Shown here: in pieces, positions 28,107 to 36,879 of the stretch
How the letters are laid out: each line of letters begins with the position of its first letter
Numbering within the stretch: the first letter of the stretch is position 1
IMG/VR virus record: IMGVR_UViG_3300029882_000002
DNA: 64,000 bases
Source: a virus
Reading direction: 5' to 3' (one strand)
Translations under genes and position numbers: made by a program
The notes under the pieces: model-generated
The model's database searches: none
What the model was told of the DNA's origin: nothing
What the model saw: only the letters and a program-made list of their open reading frames with translations

Positions 28107-28143
28107 AAGTAGGGTGGGTAGGGTACCCTACCCACCCTACTTT
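28106..28143. terminator. perfect 38-bp palindrome, bidirectional terminator
   Basis: AAAGTAGGGTGGGTAGGGT|ACCCTACCCACCCTACTTT, centred on GGTACC. Lies between the convergent genes ending at 28106 (+) and 28155 (-). Confidence 0.8.
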
Positions 28144-28154
28144 GGCACCAACAA

Positions 28155-30107
28155 TCATTGAGGAGTAACTTGCGAGAGCGCTTCTGTAAAGGATACACCC
28201 TGTTGACTAATAACTACTTGGAGGTTAATAATATGCGTTGGCACCAGCGGAATTACGATCACCGTCACATTTCTAATTCCAGAATTAAAATCCTGAGCCG
28301 TATTATTCGAGTTGTCACTAACAACAGTGAAACTAGAAATACCCCGAGCATTCTGAATAGATTGCAAGTAATCAGTACACGAGGCTACGATCTGACGGCC
28401 TAGAAAATCATCATTAGGTTCCTGCAGGGCGTATAGCAAGAAGTTATACAACGCTGTCTTCATCACGTTGACGATTCGCCGTACACTAACCCATGACAGG
28501 GCACTAAATTGAGCAGCTAATGTTTGTTGTTCCCACAGAGCCGTACCTTGACCGATGAATGTTTGCGTGTAATTAATCTGCGCATCAAACAGGTCATCCA
28601 TCTGTCCAGCATCATAGGTGTAACGGGTACCCAATACATTGACGATACCTCGGTTTAAGCCCGCGATACTGAAAGATGGATTGGCCACGCGGTCTGTACG
28701 TGCACACAGGGCTGCAGCCCAACCAGAGAACGGCACATACTGTTGCTTGCCATTAATCGTATCTGCTTCCAACATATCGGGGCTAAAGATCGCGCTGTAC
28801 GTTGAATTAAGATTAAGCTGCAGATTCCTATAGTTCAAGGCATTCTGGAACTGCTGGCTAGCACTTGGCATATCAATTAAAGATACACAATCACCACGAG
28901 ATTGAGCCAGTGTATCCATTGCTAGTTGAACGGTGGGCGTCGAGTTACCCGAGTTCAGCAATATATTGATCGAATACAATTGTTTATTCTGGAACGTCGA
29001 CCACGCAGCTGCTACGTCATACGGTGTAGGAGCTGTTCCCGAGTCACCGCCAGCCATTGCAGTGGAAGCCACGCTATCAATAGGCGGCAAGTCAACAGGA
29101 TAGCCAGGAAGCGCCGGTACATTGGATGTCACTTGAATATACTGAGAGAACGGGTTAATCCGCTGCTCCAATTCGGTCTCCATACCCGTGCTATCCGTGT
29201 AATCAATTAAAGAGCAGTTGAACTGTTCCACAGGGTAATTCAGACTCTGGCTCAAACTATAAACGTTTAGGCCGAAAGTGGGGCTGGGTGCTGCAACATT
29301 GGCCGGACTGGTAATAGGCAGAATCGCAGGATTGGGGATCAGTGCCCCTGTATCGATGAAGCTCGATGTACCCTGCCCAATCGTTGCCATAAGCCCGTAG
29401 GTGCCCCCAGTAACCCGCCCATACAGGTTATAACCGATGGCATTGGGGTCAATCACCCAGGTTACGGTCACCGTATTCGTCACACCCATACCACTAATAA
29501 TGATCTGGGCAGGAGCTGAGGCCAGGGTCTCACCTGCGGGACCCAAGCTAGAGACCTGGTACTGGTAGGTACCGGCTACTAGGGTGCCGCCTGTCAGGGC
29601 TGAGGCTAAGGTAGGTTCGGCTGGTTGCTGAAGATTAGAGCTAACAATCGAGATTGCTAGGTTATCCCCGTAGCTTCCGGGTCCCAAATTCGGGTAGAAC
29701 AGAGCCAGTGCTTCGTTAGTAGAACCTACAGGCAGAATAGCTGCCCAATCGGGTTGGGTAGGATCGACAATACCTGCTGCAATTGGCGTCAAATAGGTTA
29801 AGACGCCATCGCTCCACATGAGAACTGATGAGTAAAGTGCACCTTCACCAACAACTCTAAGGCCCCAGAGTTGATTACCTTCACTGAAATAATCTAAGGC
29901 GCAGTAGACGTCGAAACTGATCTGCGCATTTGGATTACCATACTGGCTCAAATAGTTCTGACCATTGGTGAATAGTTTAGGACTAGTCGATCCTTGGTTG
30001 GATACTATAACTTGGGCTACTACGGATGTTGAGGCCGAGGTAATAACTTGAGAGAGATTAATTTCCTGGATTATTACCTTACTCGACTGCTGTGCTGAGA
30101 TGGTCAT
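28155..30107 (-). CDS. tail sheath protein
   Basis: 650 aa. N-terminal VIIQEINLSQVI...VAQVIVSNQGSTSPKLFTNGQNYLSQYG and C-terminal GQGTALWEQQTL ... VSVRRIVNVMKTALYNFL ... EPND pattern typical of contractile-tail sheath proteins. Confidence 0.8.
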   Translation of the reverse strand: MTISAQQSSKVIIQEINLSQVITSASTSVVAQVIVSNQGSTSPKLFTNGQNYLSQYGNPNAQISFDVYCALDYFSEGNQLWGLRVVGEGALYSSVLMWSDGVLTYLTPIAAGIVDPTQPDWAAILPVGSTNEALALFYPNLGPGSYGDNLAISIVSSNLQQPAEPTLASALTGGTLVAGTYQYQVSSLGPAGETLASAPAQIIISGMGVTNTVTVTWVIDPNAIGYNLYGRVTGGTYGLMATIGQGTSSFIDTGALIPNPAILPITSPANVAAPSPTFGLNVYSLSQSLNYPVEQFNCSLIDYTDSTGMETELEQRINPFSQYIQVTSNVPALPGYPVDLPPIDSVASTAMAGGDSGTAPTPYDVAAAWSTFQNKQLYSINILLNSGNSTPTVQLAMDTLAQSRGDCVSLIDMPSASQQFQNALNYRNLQLNLNSTYSAIFSPDMLEADTINGKQQYVPFSGWAAALCARTDRVANPSFSIAGLNRGIVNVLGTRYTYDAGQMDDLFDAQINYTQTFIGQGTALWEQQTLAAQFSALSWVSVRRIVNVMKTALYNFLLYALQEPNDDFLGRQIVASCTDYLQSIQNARGISSFTVVSDNSNNTAQDFNSGIRNVTVIVIPLVPTHIINLQVVISQQGVSFTEALSQVTPQ

Positions 30108-30472
30108 TATGCGTTCTCCGTTTTCGTGGGCGTTGCACTAGCGGAGGACTGAGCTGCACTAGAGGCCGTAGTTGCTACAACAGTCGCGGGAATTGGAACT
30201 GGAACTGGAGCTGTCACCGTCTTTGATTGAGCCATAGTCCGGGGCTTTGAAGAATTGGTCTTGACCGGAGGCTTACTATTAGAAGTGCTAACCGTTGTTG
30301 GCGTGAACGATTTCACCGTATTCGGATGCAGGGCTTCCCAGTTAGGATCAACAACAAATCCTGCAGGTAGATCAACACGTCCCTTAGGACTAATACGGGC
30401 ACCGCCTTTGATTCCTGACGAATTAATCGTGTCCGGAAACTGACTTACTTTAGTTAAGTTAACGACTCTCAT
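30107..30472 (-). CDS. hypothetical S/T/P/A-rich protein
   Basis: 121-aa ORF. Stop and start overlap the sheath gene (TAATG). GAGGAG RBS. Confidence 0.6.
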   Translation of the reverse strand: MRVVNLTKVSQFPDTINSSGIKGGARISPKGRVDLPAGFVVDPNWEALHPNTVKSFTPTTVSTSNSKPPVKTNSSKPRTMAQSKTVTAPVPVPIPATVVATTASSAAQSSASATPTKTENA

Positions 30473-31146
30473 TACTGCTCCTCTGTAGGGAAGGCGAAGA
30501 ACTGCGAGCTAACAATTTGGCTGTTCACGCCTCCGATTTGTGCATTCACATTGATTTGATTCGTCTTGCCCATTTTTGCAGTGTAGGGTTCACTGATATA
30601 GCCGTGGATAGTGGCTAGTACAGTAATTTCGTATTTCGTTTCTTGCTCTACGATATTTTCACGCTGAGGAATATTGATTGACTCAGCTAGCGTCAGGCCT
30701 ATGCCGAATTGTTTCAAGCCATAGTCCACACTGAACTTTAAATAGCCTGCTCTTCTGGCTAGGAGCCATCGTCGGACAAATGCCCTAACCGATCCTTGCT
30801 CTATAGAATCAAATTTGTTGGTTACGTAGGTCACTTCGATGTCGAAATTAGTGGGTTGAATCCGCGCCATTTGAATTGTGTCGTCAGATCTCACACCAAT
30901 CCTAATTCCCCTACGTACCCATTGATGAGGGTTATAACTTTCGTTGTTGACGCTAGTCGTCTGGATCACAAAATAAGCATAGGGATAAGTCAGCGTCTTT
31001 CCCTGACCGAATAGCGCATCTAGGACCTTCGTCTTATCGTTCTGGTTAATGAACGCACATTTAGCACAACCGAATACTTGCTGGAATCGTTGAGCAAATC
31101 CCTCCATCACAAACATGTCCAGGGGTTGTACTGAAGGATCACTCAT
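30472..31146 (-). CDS. hypothetical virion-module protein
   Basis: ORF 30472..31152 trimmed to ATG 31146 (AAGGAG 6 nt upstream). Immediately upstream of the sheath operon genes. Confidence 0.65.
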   Translation of the reverse strand: MSDPSVQPLDMFVMEGFAQRFQQVFGCAKCAFINQNDKTKVLDALFGQGKTLTYPYAYFVIQTTSVNNESYNPHQWVRRGIRIGVRSDDTIQMARIQPTNFDIEVTYVTNKFDSIEQGSVRAFVRRWLLARRAGYLKFSVDYGLKQFGIGLTLAESINIPQRENIVEQETKYEITVLATIHGYISEPYTAKMGKTNQINVNAQIGGVNSQIVSSQFFAFPTEEQ

Positions 31147-31169
31147 AAGCAACTCCTTTGTGTAGTACT

Positions 31170-31222
31170 AAAACTAAAACTAAAAGAAAAAGGGCACGGC
31201 GGTTCGAATCACCGGCGTGCCC
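31170..31222 (-). terminator. rho-independent terminator (minus strand)
   Basis: GC-rich hairpin at 31192-31222 (GGGCACGCCGGTG ... CCGCCGTGCCC, one mismatch), followed on the minus strand by TTTTTCTTTTAGTTTTAGTTTT. Confidence 0.7.
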
Positions 31223-31252
31223 TTCTTTGTTGAAACTTTTGACTATGGATTA

Positions 31253-31672
31253 TTACTTTTTCTTGGTAGGAATCAATTCAGCCAAGGCTTTAGCAAACAG
31301 AGCTTTAGCCAATGCCTCTTTATCATCCGTCTTATCCTCGTCCTCAACAGCCTCGTCTTCTACTTCTTCAGGCTCGCCTTCGGGTTCGGCTTCAGCCTCA
31401 ACCTCTTTACCCTCTTCGTCTTGGTCACCAACCAGATGATCCAGAGCTTTTTCTTCAGCCGCTTTTACCTTAACTTTCTTGGCATTAGCCGTAGCCTCTA
31501 CCTTGGCTGTGTAGGCCTGAGCATTATTATGCTCAAGAATAGCGATAGCCGACTGCACGTCCGGTTGGCTAAGAGCTTTAGCAAAAAGAGCTGCTGCCGT
31601 TTTAGGCTTGCCCTTTGATGCTTGCTCCATGGCCAATACCACGTAGTCCAAGGACTTGTTGTAAGTCTTCAT
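31253..31672 (-). CDS. hypothetical acidic helical protein
   Basis: 139 aa, AAGGAA RBS. Repeated ALFAKAL segments and an acidic E/D tract. Confidence 0.6.
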   Translation of the reverse strand: MKTYNKSLDYVVLAMEQASKGKPKTAAALFAKALSQPDVQSAIAILEHNNAQAYTAKVEATANAKKVKVKAAEEKALDHLVGDQDEEGKEVEAEAEPEGEPEEVEDEAVEDEDKTDDKEALAKALFAKALAELIPTKKK

Positions 31673-31723
31673 GATTCATTCCTTTTGAATTCGGTAATTG
31701 TAAGGTTCGACGTATTTTGAGCA

Positions 31724-32752
31724 CTAAATCAACAACTTTAAATTGAGCAAGCGTGTAATCTCATTTTTAGTCCAGAACTTTTCAGTGGGGTAAAACATCC
31801 CATCGATATGAACATAAGTCTTGTACTCGGCAAAATGCAGACTTGCAGCTTCCGCTTTAGCACGGTTCTCTATCAGAGCTTCTTCTTTGGGCATCCAGTG
31901 ATAATCTCTTAACCCTAGAGACGACAAATCTTTAATCTCTATATAAGTATCTCCAACCTTAAAATCTGGAGAATACTTAGCCATTCTATTTAGTCTTGGA
32001 TTAAAATAATCTACTGATTCCTTGGGTTCATATACTATGTCGTCAACGGGAGTAGCCCTGTGTTTAACTAAATGCTCAACAAAGGCTTTCTCGATCAACG
32101 ACCTAGTATTGAAATCCTTACCATTAATTCTGAACTTAAACCATATGTGATTTGGGTGGCAGATAGGACATATTCCAATAGTTTTTAGCTTGAAGAGAGT
32201 TTCAGGTTGATGACTTACCTTATGCCCACATTTAATATATTGATGCAAGATCGGAGTCTTCGTACCTTTATACTTCTCTATGACACGTATGTTATTACTA
32301 CGTTCTGTCACTTCAGCTACATAAACATCATTCGGTTTCTTAACCCAAGGTCTACACTTGGAGCACGGATCTATGCACATATTGAAACAAGACAATCGCA
32401 TGTCGAACACAAAACCGCAGTTATGCTTGTAGGTGAAAACAGTGCTATCTTTACTGCCTTCACCTTCTGTAATTTTTATGCATTTGTAGTCACCTTTACC
32501 TGCACTTTTTAGATGTTCGGTATAAGTTTTAGGCGTTCTCTTAACTTTGTAGAACTGCCGTTTATGAGTACATCTACATGCGTGTCCCATCTTACTGTGC
32601 TTGCATTCAACAATCCGCAACTCATTACAAGCATTACATTTAACCTCAAACTTGCGGTCACCCAAGACCCTGAGCAACTTATAGTTAAACGTTACTGAAT
32701 ACTTGTGAGCATAGTCCTCAGGACTAAGTGGTTTAGGTCCAGTCTTTGCCAT
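31724..32752 (-). CDS. zinc-ribbon repeat / PD-(D/E)XK-type endonuclease (putative free-standing homing endonuclease)
   Basis: Several CxxC/CxC-type Cys pairs in the N-terminal 200 aa. C-terminal YSPDFKVGDTYIEIKD matches the D...E-x-K nuclease core. Start placed at ATG 32752 (longest ORF starts at TTG 32764). Sits 158 nt downstream of the candidate capsid gene. Confidence 0.5.
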   Translation of the reverse strand: MAKTGPKPLSPEDYAHKYSVTFNYKLLRVLGDRKFEVKCNACNELRIVECKHSKMGHACRCTHKRQFYKVKRTPKTYTEHLKSAGKGDYKCIKITEGEGSKDSTVFTYKHNCGFVFDMRLSCFNMCIDPCSKCRPWVKKPNDVYVAEVTERSNNIRVIEKYKGTKTPILHQYIKCGHKVSHQPETLFKLKTIGICPICHPNHIWFKFRINGKDFNTRSLIEKAFVEHLVKHRATPVDDIVYEPKESVDYFNPRLNRMAKYSPDFKVGDTYIEIKDLSSLGLRDYHWMPKEEALIENRAKAEAASLHFAEYKTYVHIDGMFYPTEKFWTKNEITRLLNLKLLI

Positions 32753-32910
32753 TATTCTGTCCAATAATATTTAATTTGATGAGGTAGATTAGTCCGGACA
32801 GGAACCAATCAGGGCCGCTAAACCTTTTCCCTCAAACTCGTTCAAGCTTCTGATAGAGAACCGCGCTAAACACGGAGTCTTAAGGCTTATTGTTGATTAA
32901 ACGTTGGTGC

Positions 32911-34002
32911 CTACACACGTAAACCTTTCGCGACGGATCTGCTGTTGGCGATAGACACGGCCAAACTTTCATACATCACCCATCCGCGACCCGGAATACG
33001 CTCAATAGAAATGTCGATAGGTTGCGATTGCAGGCCACCACGATCCGAGTAAGCACCGTGATTCAATGCATCGGCAATGACGAAGAACTCACCTTGGTTC
33101 AACACCTTATGTTCCGGATGACGATAAGCGTCCGAAGTAATCGTGCAACCATACATCACACCCAGTTCACCGGTCAGCAACAACTCGTGACGTGCAACCG
33201 GATCAATGGCGGCAAAGAAATCCGAATTACCGATGATGTCCTGATAGATATCGGTAGCGATCAGGACATGCGGTGCTTTCAGGCCCCAGCGCGTAACGTT
33301 CGTCATTACTTGAGCGAACGTGTAGGGCGTAAGCTGACCTGAGATAATCGACAGCGGATTATCAATACCTACGATCTGATTCACCTGGTTGTACCACAAG
33401 CGATCTTCACCCACCATGATTGCTTCGGTTGCTTCAACATACTTCTCTTGCAGAACGTCGCCAGCTGATTGGTTCAACTCGTTCATCGGAATAAACGGAC
33501 GAGTAACGACTTGCATTTCCGGCGGTGTAAACCATTTATCGCGAGTGATCTGCGACTGAATCTTGGTGGGGCTAGTCGAGTACACAGCCGTTACGTTTTT
33601 AGTACGCAAGGGGAACCGTGGGATAGCGCCTTGCTCGACGGTAATCTTCGTCAAGTACTTGCGCATAAAACCCTGACGATTTGCCGTGATATACAAAGAA
33701 TCGCTAATCTTTTCACCCAAGACACGATGGGCTTCTTTGTCGTTGAACGCTGCTTGCACTAGTTCGCGACTAAGCTTGACTTGTTGCTCTGCGCTAGCAA
33801 ATACACCATCAGCAGCCAAGGAACCATTCGAGGATGCAGCCAAGAACTTTTGTTGGCGGTTAATAAGGTCACGTTTATCCGATGCATTAATTTCACCGTT
33901 ACGACCAATTGCACGCTCACCTTCTTGCATGCCGTCGAAACGATACTCGGATGCTGCCACCATTGGCGTCTTCGACGCCCGAACCTGAACTTTTGTACGC
34001 AT
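32911..34002 (-). CDS. candidate major capsid protein
   Basis: 363 aa, GGAG RBS. Positioned after the protease, scaffold and a small structural gene. Size and composition fit an HK97-fold capsid protein. No database confirmation possible. Confidence 0.5.
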   Translation of the reverse strand: MRTKVQVRASKTPMVAASEYRFDGMQEGERAIGRNGEINASDKRDLINRQQKFLAASSNGSLAADGVFASAEQQVKLSRELVQAAFNDKEAHRVLGEKISDSLYITANRQGFMRKYLTKITVEQGAIPRFPLRTKNVTAVYSTSPTKIQSQITRDKWFTPPEMQVVTRPFIPMNELNQSAGDVLQEKYVEATEAIMVGEDRLWYNQVNQIVGIDNPLSIISGQLTPYTFAQVMTNVTRWGLKAPHVLIATDIYQDIIGNSDFFAAIDPVARHELLLTGELGVMYGCTITSDAYRHPEHKVLNQGEFFVIADALNHGAYSDRGGLQSQPIDISIERIPGRGWVMYESLAVSIANSRSVAKGLRV

Positions 34003-34087
34003 CTTAATACTCCGTTATTTTGTTTAAGTTAGGACCACTAATTAAATGATTAACCTTAGTGATCCTAAATTTGTTCTTAACTAGTTA

Positions 34088-34789
34088 TCAATTCGAGGCC
34101 GAGAACTCAATACCCAACCACGGATAGTCTTGACCCGGAACAGCAATAACCGAACCAGGAATACCCACATTCGGGCCAGCAGTAGTGTTAGCCAAAGTAA
34201 CTTGACCACTCGCACCCAAGGCCAATTGCGTAGCAGTAGTCGAACCCGCAGCAGCCCAGTTTTGCGAAGCATCGAATTCCGAGGTGAAGATGACACCGCG
34301 AGTAGCAACGCCGATTTGACCCACGTAGGCACCGCTGTAACCACCCGGTTGAACATCACCAAACAAGGCCCGTTCTTGAACAATGGTCAGGCTGTACTTG
34401 TAGGTAACGTTCACCGTGTCACCAGCGGTCAGGCCCGTGACCTGATTACCAACAACCGTCGGGCTAGTAACCGGAGCATTAGCCGTAACGTCGAATACGA
34501 AAACCTGACCAGAAACCGGCGTCAGGCTCAACGTAATTGCCCCCGTCGACGGAACCAGGAATTGTTCTACTTTGTTGTAATACGATTCAGGGAAAGGCAA
34601 GGCCGAGGTACCGGCAACAACGAACCCTTGGAAAATATCAGATGCGGTACCCGTCGATACCAAAACACCGGCCGAAGTATTACCTTGAGTACGAACCAAG
34701 GCCTGGCCTTCAGCCAAAAAGATTGCGCCGGGTGCAGTCAGCATCTCGGTCGAATCGGAGAGTCGAGTTCCTGGAAAATACAAGCTCAT
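34088..34789 (-). CDS. putative head structural/decoration protein
   Basis: 233 aa, AGGAG RBS, beta-rich G/T/V/S composition. Lies between the scaffold-like and capsid-like genes. Confidence 0.45.
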   Translation of the reverse strand: MSLYFPGTRLSDSTEMLTAPGAIFLAEGQALVRTQGNTSAGVLVSTGTASDIFQGFVVAGTSALPFPESYYNKVEQFLVPSTGAITLSLTPVSGQVFVFDVTANAPVTSPTVVGNQVTGLTAGDTVNVTYKYSLTIVQERALFGDVQPGGYSGAYVGQIGVATRGVIFTSEFDASQNWAAAGSTTATQLALGASGQVTLANTTAGPNVGIPGSVIAVPGQDYPWLGIEFSASN

Positions 34790-34908
34790 GATGTGAAACT
34801 CCTGTTTGGAATTTGTAAATAATTAGGCAGCGGGAACTATAAAACTTGAAGTGTTAATTAAGTTCCCGTCACCATTAAATTAAGGATTGTGTGAACTTAG
34901 ACTTAGGA

Positions 34909-36552
34909 TTAAGCAAAAGGCAAAGGAGCTTTACCCGAAAGCACGGCCGCAGCATTTACCGAATAACCGGTTGAGCTTGCCTTTACTTCGTTGATACGGC
35001 GATGAATCGGTCCACGCAACAGCGCTGCTTGAACCGTGTTGGGGGCCTGTTCTTCTGCAAATTCATCGTTGAACTCGTCATCAGAATCACCAGCAGCGAA
35101 TTCCGATTGAAAATCCGGGCTAGCCGAGTCACCGAACAAGTCTTCTTCGTCATCAGTGCTGGTGCCTGCTTCATCGCTAGTCATGTCCAAGGCAGATGCA
35201 AATGCATTACGTTGAACTTCAGGCAAGCCCGAAAGTTTGTTAGCAACAGTGAGAATCGATTTAGCGTAATCCACACCGTAGCTAGCAAATACCCGACGAA
35301 CTAACGACACGCCACCGCGAACACCTGCAGCCTGCAATTCTTCTTCTAGGGCTGCACGCAGTTCATTGCGCGTATCCTTGAAGTACTGTTTGTTGATGCC
35401 AACAGCAGCAATTGCCAAGCATTGATTCAGGGCATCGTTAGAAACTTGATTAGAACGACGAACGGCAGCTGTCAATTTAGCGGCTTTAGCCTCAACACGT
35501 TTGTTCAGTACTTCTTGAGAACCTACGTTGACGGTGGCCAGTACAAATCCCATCTTTTTCAAGCCCGCACGCAAGCCATGTTTTTGCATCTCAACTTCAG
35601 TTACTTCCTGGAATTGATCCGACAAATACATGTCGCCATGACCCGCTTTTACAGCTACTTTTTTGCCCAGAGATGCAACAATACGATTAGCTTTAATTGC
35701 GTGAACTCGGGTCCCCACAGTAGCGAATACAACGTCGTCGCCTTCATCATCCGTACCATCTACGTCCAACAAGGCTACGTTGTCTGCTTTATCAGCAACG
35801 GGTGCAACTTCAAGCTCATCCGAATCTTCAGTGTCCGTGTCCGTGTCGTCTTCGTCGTCAAACTCCGAATTAACTTCTTCGGCGTCACCGGCGTCCCAGT
35901 TATCATCAACTTCCAACAGCGATTGAGGATTGTCACCGTCTTTCAATTCGACTTCCTCGTTATCGAAATCGGCATCGACTTCATCTGCTTCCTCCGTATC
36001 ATCCGAATCTTCAGTGTCAGTGTCTGCATCTGAGCCAACCGTCAAATAACCGGCAGCAGGATCAACTGCATTCGGAAGATTAGTGGTTGCTTGCTGGCCC
36101 GGTACATTCGGATCGTTGTCAGCCTTAACTTTATTGGCTTTCAAGGTTCCAGAATCAGGACCACCGGCTTTAAAATTAGCATCAGCATCGGGACCTTTAA
36201 CCGTATCTAGATCAACTTCATCAGCTGCATCATCAGCGTCCAATCTGGCTTGCGCAGGATGTTTCTTGGGCGAAACCTTCGACAGAGGAACTGGTTTAGT
36301 TTTACCCGGCTTAGCCGCTGCCGTGGTTCGACCCCCGTTGTTCATCTTCGATTTCTTGTTGTATTCTTCGTTGTTATTGAAGTGTGTAGAACCGCCTTCG
36401 TCGTCCTCCGGATCAGTCAGAGTTTCCGGCACTTGATGGTTCAAAGCCTGTTGACCATTATCGTCAGCGGGCTTCGTCGTGTTATTTGGAAAATGCGTGC
36501 TGGTGCTAGACTGGGCTTCAGCTTCGACTTTCCGCTTGGTACCGATGGTCAT
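34909..36552 (-). CDS. highly acidic protein, putative scaffolding protein
   Basis: 547 aa with long D/E tracts (DTDTEDSDD..., duplicated) and a helical C-terminal half. GAGGAA RBS. Located between the protease and capsid candidates. Confidence 0.5.
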   Translation of the reverse strand: MTIGTKRKVEAEAQSSTSTHFPNNTTKPADDNGQQALNHQVPETLTDPEDDEGGSTHFNNNEEYNKKSKMNNGGRTTAAAKPGKTKPVPLSKVSPKKHPAQARLDADDAADEVDLDTVKGPDADANFKAGGPDSGTLKANKVKADNDPNVPGQQATTNLPNAVDPAAGYLTVGSDADTDTEDSDDTEEADEVDADFDNEEVELKDGDNPQSLLEVDDNWDAGDAEEVNSEFDDEDDTDTDTEDSDELEVAPVADKADNVALLDVDGTDDEGDDVVFATVGTRVHAIKANRIVASLGKKVAVKAGHGDMYLSDQFQEVTEVEMQKHGLRAGLKKMGFVLATVNVGSQEVLNKRVEAKAAKLTAAVRRSNQVSNDALNQCLAIAAVGINKQYFKDTRNELRAALEEELQAAGVRGGVSLVRRVFASYGVDYAKSILTVANKLSGLPEVQRNAFASALDMTSDEAGTSTDDEEDLFGDSASPDFQSEFAAGDSDDEFNDEFAEEQAPNTVQAALLRGPIHRRINEVKASSTGYSVNAAAVLSGKAPLPFA

Positions 36553-36820
36553 AGTGTTCCTCGCTCAAAAGTTAATATGTAGGGATTACAATGACGCGCG
36601 TCCTAATAATCTCACATACAGTAAAATTAACGTATGTGCGGAATTAAGAATCGGAATTTGAATTACAAATGCTGGGGATTGATAACTGGATTTTAAATTT
36701 AATTAATAACTACGAATAATTATTAATTAAGCTGTAGGACGAATGTGGGTGCCGAGTATTTATAATTAAATACTGGAAATTGAAGAGTGAGGAGTGAAGA
36801 GTTAATAACGCATTGAGGAC

Positions 36821-36862
36821 AAAAAGAAAGCCACCGATTTCATTTAAGAAAAGGGTGGCTTT
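36821..36862 (-). terminator. rho-independent terminator after the protease gene
   Basis: 9-bp stem AAAGCCACC / GGTGGCTTT (36827-36835 / 36854-36862), 18-nt loop, CTTTTT on the minus strand. Confidence 0.55.
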
Positions 36863-36879
36863 TATACTGCTAATTAAAA

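Noticed and set aside
31192-31222. GGTTCGAATC, a tRNA T-loop-like sequence
   Set aside because: No acceptor, D or anticodon arm can be built around it. It is the loop of a GC-rich terminator hairpin followed by a T-tract on the minus strand.
34081-36582. Many long ORFs on the plus strand or in alternative frames (34130..34822, 35422..36033, 36083..36436 and others)
   Set aside because: They lie antisense to or out of frame with the RBS-supported capsid-module genes. Their translations are Arg/Ser/Asn-rich or low complexity, which is typical of shadow ORFs.
36757-36764. TATAAATA (T4-type late promoter) as the general late-promoter consensus of this phage
   Set aside because: I found only this one occurrence in a suitable upstream position. 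Other late-gene leaders that I read (tube, sheath-operon, 31672, 34002) lack it, so it is kept only as a local observation.
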